NCBI GenBank assembly: GCA_041674765.1
Contig: JBAYVE010000001.1
Location: forward strand, 70,177-134,176
DNA from: Patescibacteria group bacterium
GTDB taxonomy: Bacteria > Patescibacteriota > UBA1384 > XYA2-FULL-43-10 > 1-14-0-10-43-13
DNA length: 64,000 nt
Reading direction: 5' to 3'
Positions 60,667 through 64,000 of this stretch are shown here, one piece after another (within the stretch, counting starts at the first letter, position 1; every line of letters starts with the position of its first letter). A program made the translations under genes and the position numbers. The notes beneath the pieces are model-generated. The model was not told the origin of the DNA. It saw nothing but the letters and a program-made list of their open reading frames with translations, and ran no database searches.

Positions 60667-60954
60667 ATGACTAAATTGATTAAAAAAATAATAATACTAT
60701 TACTGCTAGCATTCGGGGCTTTTGTCGTTGGAAGAATAGGGCATATTTTGGGCGGGGATTTAAATGTCCCGCATCATTGGATTTATGGGGCGATAGCAAT
60801 TATTGCAGGAATTATTTACCGCCGGAAAAGGTGGGCGGCATATCTGATCGCCATCGGTGTCGGATTGATGATCAGTGATTTCAAAGACATGATCGATTTG
60901 AAATTCATCGGTTCGGACTTGCCGGGTCCAAAGACTTTTTGGCAGATTAATTAA
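60667..60954 (+). CDS. Small membrane protein
   Basis: Three hydrophobic segments; PHHWIYG motif. Confidence 0.6.
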   Translation: MTKLIKKIIILLLLAFGAFVVGRIGHILGGDLNVPHHWIYGAIAIIAGIIYRRKRWAAYLIAIGVGLMISDFKDMIDLKFIGSDLPGPKTFWQIN

Positions 60955-60968
60955 TTTATTATTTTAAA

Positions 60969-61412
60969 ATGACAGAAGAGACAAAAGATGAATGTCTAAC
61001 AGGAGCTGAGGCTATCGTTTACCGTGACAAAGATGTCAAGCGGGAATTTTTGATGGTTAAGCAAAAAATCAGCGGCAATATTAGTTTTGTGGGCGGAATG
61101 ACAGAGGAGATCGATAGAAATACTGACGACACCATTGTCCGCGAGATTGACGAAGAGTTGAATTTAAATCCGGACCAATATTCAATTTCCGACACCGGTA
61201 TTATTAACGACTTTGTTTATGGGAACCATCCGACTAGAGCTGGCAGAAGAATCAGGAAAAATGTATATTTGGTGAAGGTAAATGACAATGCCGACGTGTC
61301 TCCAAACTTAGAGGAAGTTCGTGATGCTTTTTGGGTAGAGGAAGAAGAGGCATTAAAGGTTATCTGGTTAGGGGTTCTCGACATTTTCGAGGAAGTAATT
61401 AAGAAGATATAA
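60969..61412 (+). CDS. NUDIX hydrolase
   Basis: Nudix box FVGG.....D....TIVREIDEELNL. Confidence 0.8.
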   Translation: MTEETKDECLTGAEAIVYRDKDVKREFLMVKQKISGNISFVGGMTEEIDRNTDDTIVREIDEELNLNPDQYSISDTGIINDFVYGNHPTRAGRRIRKNVYLVKVNDNADVSPNLEEVRDAFWVEEEEALKVIWLGVLDIFEEVIKKI

Positions 61413-61419
61413 TTTATTT

Positions 61420-61451
61420 CCTCCCCTTTTTTAGGGGAGGTTAGGTGGGGT
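61420..61451. repeat. Short palindromic element (CCTCCCCT..AGGGGAGG.TAGGTGGGG)
   Basis: Perfect 8-bp stem followed by a G-rich tail, typical of a REP-like class. Confidence 0.55.
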
Positions 61452-61473
61452 TTATAATTTTCATAGGTGATTT

Positions 61474-62826
61474 ATGCATATTCAAGCAAAAGCAAAAAAG
61501 TTGGGCATTATTATCCCCGAGATTACCTCGGAGGAAATAAATTCAGCAATCAAACCCGTTCTTCGCAAGATGGAAGAGGCTGGTATTATGATTGATTGTG
61601 ATCGGTTAAAGAGTCTGGATGATAAATTGAGCGAGAGGTTAAAAGAACTTGAAGCGGAGATTTACAAATTAGCCGGCTCAGAGTTCAATATCGGCTCGCC
61701 AGTGCAAATGGCAGAGGTATTATTCAATCAGCTGAAATTGCCAGTCGATGGTCTAAAAAGAACAAAATCAGGCGTTTCTACTGCCGCGAGCGAATTATTC
61801 AAGATAAAAGATGAGCACCAAATCATTGCTCCCATTTTGGAATACCGTGAGCTCTCCAAATTAATTTCAACATATTTGCGGCCTTTGCCAATCTTGGTTG
61901 ATGAAAATAGCCGTCTGCATACGACTTATGGTCTGGAAACTTCGACCGGTCGGCTGACTTCGTCTGAGCCAAATTTGCAGAATATTCCGATCCGCGGCAA
62001 ATACGGCGAGGAAGTGAGAAGCACTTTTGTCGCGGCTCCTGGAATGAAATTAATTGCGGCTGATTACTCTCAAATCGAACTTCGAATTGTTGCTTGCTTG
62101 GCGAAAGACGAAGCGATGATCCAAGCTTTCAAAGAAGGTATAGATATCCATACCAAAACTGCTTCGGAAATATTTAAAGTGCCTGTTTCAAAAGTCACAT
62201 CAGATATGCGCCGAAAAGCCAAAGGAGTCAATTTTGGCATCGTGTATGGCCAAACCCCATACGGCTTATCGCAATCTCTGGGCATTGATACTGAGGAGGC
62301 TGGTAAATATATTCGAGAATATTTTGATGTTCACAAGGGGATCAAGAATTATATCAATGAAATGATCGAGATGGCGCATACGGAGGGCTATGTTGAAACA
62401 CTTTTTGGCACCCGCCGTTATCTGCCCGAAATTAATTCACGTAATCGTTACCTGGCCGAGTCGGAGGAGCGGATGGCCATCAATGCGCCGGTTCAGGGTA
62501 CGGCAGCGGAGTTACTTAAATTGGCGATGATAGAAATGGATAGAAAGTTCCAGTCAGACAGTCTGATAGTCAGACAGTCTGATAGTCAACAGAATAATTT
62601 GACTATGAAATTAACAGACAAAAAGACCAAAAGACCAACTGACCAATCGACCATTGGACCCCGAATGTTGCTTACTGTCCATGATGAGCTTGTTGTCGAA
62701 GTTCCTGGAAAGAATGCCGAAGAAATCGCCAAAATTGTTGAAGAGACGATGGTCAGCGTGGTCAAATTCTGTGTACCAATTGAAGTCTGTATTGGGATCG
62801 GAGACAATTGGGCAAACGCGAAGTAG
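61474..62826 (+). CDS. polA: DNA polymerase I polymerase domain (stand-alone), with an 8-mer-array insert
   Basis: TGRLTSSEPNLQNIP, ADYSQIELR, RRKAKGVNFGIVYG, NAPVQGTAA and LTVHDEL motifs. Confidence 0.93.
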   Translation: MHIQAKAKKLGIIIPEITSEEINSAIKPVLRKMEEAGIMIDCDRLKSLDDKLSERLKELEAEIYKLAGSEFNIGSPVQMAEVLFNQLKLPVDGLKRTKSGVSTAASELFKIKDEHQIIAPILEYRELSKLISTYLRPLPILVDENSRLHTTYGLETSTGRLTSSEPNLQNIPIRGKYGEEVRSTFVAAPGMKLIAADYSQIELRIVACLAKDEAMIQAFKEGIDIHTKTASEIFKVPVSKVTSDMRRKAKGVNFGIVYGQTPYGLSQSLGIDTEEAGKYIREYFDVHKGIKNYINEMIEMAHTEGYVETLFGTRRYLPEINSRNRYLAESEERMAINAPVQGTAAELLKLAMIEMDRKFQSDSLIVRQSDSQQNNLTMKLTDKKTKRPTDQSTIGPRMLLTVHDELVVEVPGKNAEEIAKIVEETMVSVVKFCVPIEVCIGIGDNWANAK

Positions 62827-62919
62827 TTCATAAAGTTTTTAAGGTTTGTAAAGTAGAAAGTTTGGGAAGATTTGCTTTATAAACTTTATAAACTTTATAA
62901 ACTTTTAACTTTACAAACT
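62825..62919. repeat. Inverted 9-nt array (CTTTATAAA family) upstream of holA
   Basis: agttcataaagtttttaaggtttgtaaagt ... ctttataaa x3 cttttaactttacaaact. Confidence 0.85.
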
Positions 62920-62924
62920 AAGGT

Positions 62925-63878
62925 ATGATCAATTTTTTCTACGGCGAAGATACATTTTCACTCCTTGAGGCCATGAAGGGAATAGAAGTCGAGTTTGTCA
63001 AATCAGAAGGCTCCGATTTTAACTTGGCCAAGTTCTCAGGATCGACCATGACCAAGGAATTATTTGCCGCCAACGCTTCAGCTTTACCATTCCTTGGCGG
63101 CAAAAGACTGATAATCATAAAGAACTTGCTTCTCGAAAATAGTGATAATGAGTTGAAGAAAGAGATAGTCAGTTATCTGTCGAAGGTTCCTGACCAAAAT
63201 GACGTTTATTTTATTGAGTTCGGGGCACCCGATAAGCGGAGCGGTCTTTTCAAAACATTAAGTAAACTTGAGACTTCCAGGTTTTTTCAGCCGCTAGTAG
63301 GTACGAAATTGACCGGATGGATCTGCCAGGAGGCTAAGAAAAACGGAATGGAAATGTCTCAGGCAACTGCCGCCAGATTGTCTTTCTCATTGGGATCAGA
63401 CCTTTGGAATTTACAAAATGAAATTCATAAACTCGCCTCATTTGCCCAATCTGAAGGTCGGTTGGAGATAGCTGTCGCTGACTTTGAAATTATCGACATT
63501 CCCGAAAAAGACAAAATATTTGACTTAACTGATGCAATTTCGTCCAAGAATCTCAAAAAAGCTCTTTCAGTTCTCCACAGCCTGTCGCTGAAGGGCGAGG
63601 AGGAGTTGGCAATTCTCAATTTGGTAATATTCCAATTCCGGATAATGCTCTTAGTAAGCAGCATGGCTGCTCGTAGGATCAGCCAGCCATCGATGTGCAA
63701 AGAGCTTGGGGTGCATCCATTTGTAATACAGAAAGCATCAGGATTCTTGCATAATTTTACTTTCAGAAAATTGGTCAGGAATTATTTACTCTTGCAAACT
63801 ACAGACGTAAAGATAAAAACAGGCCAGCTGGAGCCGAAGTTGGCGTTGACGTTGTTGATAGAAGATTTTTGCAAATAG
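62925..63878 (+). CDS. holA: DNA polymerase III delta subunit
   Basis: FFYGEDTF, LPFLGGKRLIII, DKRS.LFK, L.NEI.KL, IFDLTDAI, HPFV..K and D..IKTG motifs. Confidence 0.9.
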   Translation: MINFFYGEDTFSLLEAMKGIEVEFVKSEGSDFNLAKFSGSTMTKELFAANASALPFLGGKRLIIIKNLLLENSDNELKKEIVSYLSKVPDQNDVYFIEFGAPDKRSGLFKTLSKLETSRFFQPLVGTKLTGWICQEAKKNGMEMSQATAARLSFSLGSDLWNLQNEIHKLASFAQSEGRLEIAVADFEIIDIPEKDKIFDLTDAISSKNLKKALSVLHSLSLKGEEELAILNLVIFQFRIMLLVSSMAARRISQPSMCKELGVHPFVIQKASGFLHNFTFRKLVRNYLLLQTTDVKIKTGQLEPKLALTLLIEDFCK

Positions 63879-64000
63879 TGGTAAACTAATAATTAGTTAT
63901 CAAGCAATTTGTGTTATTTGATAACAAGAGCCAGAATTTATAGGGAGGGAAATTGGCGATCGTAACTAAAAAAAGGAAAAGCCCTGTTTTGGGTTTTTAT

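Noticed and set aside
63953-64000. Start of a further gene (TTG after AGGGAGGG)
   Set aside because: Only 16 codons are visible, so it cannot be identified.

Overview
AT-rich (roughly 35-40% GC by eye) bacterial chromosome segment using the standard bacterial code. Gene content and style suggest a Patescibacteria/CPR genome (inference): CPR-type pilin, cohesin/dockerin proteins, long-tailed bS6, split polA. Bases 1-34 kb are a surface-glycan region with a pseudaminic-acid cluster (pseB, pseC, pseF, pseI and a PseH-like GNAT, but no recognisable pseG), flippases, GT2/GT4/GT-C glycosyltransferases, three tandem O-antigen-ligase-like genes and a cohesin-dockerin gene pair. A SAM-I riboswitch-controlled metK-pfkB-ahcY operon sits in the middle of it. 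Bases 34-64 kb are mostly housekeeping: frameshifted hppA, CCA enzyme, VanW protein, pyrG, groES/EL, efp, rpsF-ssb-rpsR, pflA/pflB, ychF, split polA, holA. The most striking signal is a family of small palindromic (TGTCAT...ATGACA) elements and 7/8/9-nt-period repeat arrays. They fill intergenic spacers, nest inside each other, and are inserted in frame into conserved enzymes (CCA enzyme, PflA, both PolI halves, YchF, a GT4); one composite element is shared by two unrelated genes. Other highlights are an unannotated 28-aa bS22/eL41-like basic peptide gene, a SAM-I aptamer whose kink-turn appears replaced by two extra hairpins, a DUF218-like/GNAT fusion where PseG would be expected, and a synonymously recoded duplicate of the SSB C-terminal tail. 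No rRNA, tRNA, CRISPR array, integrase or transposase was recognised. All calls were made by eye, with no database searches.
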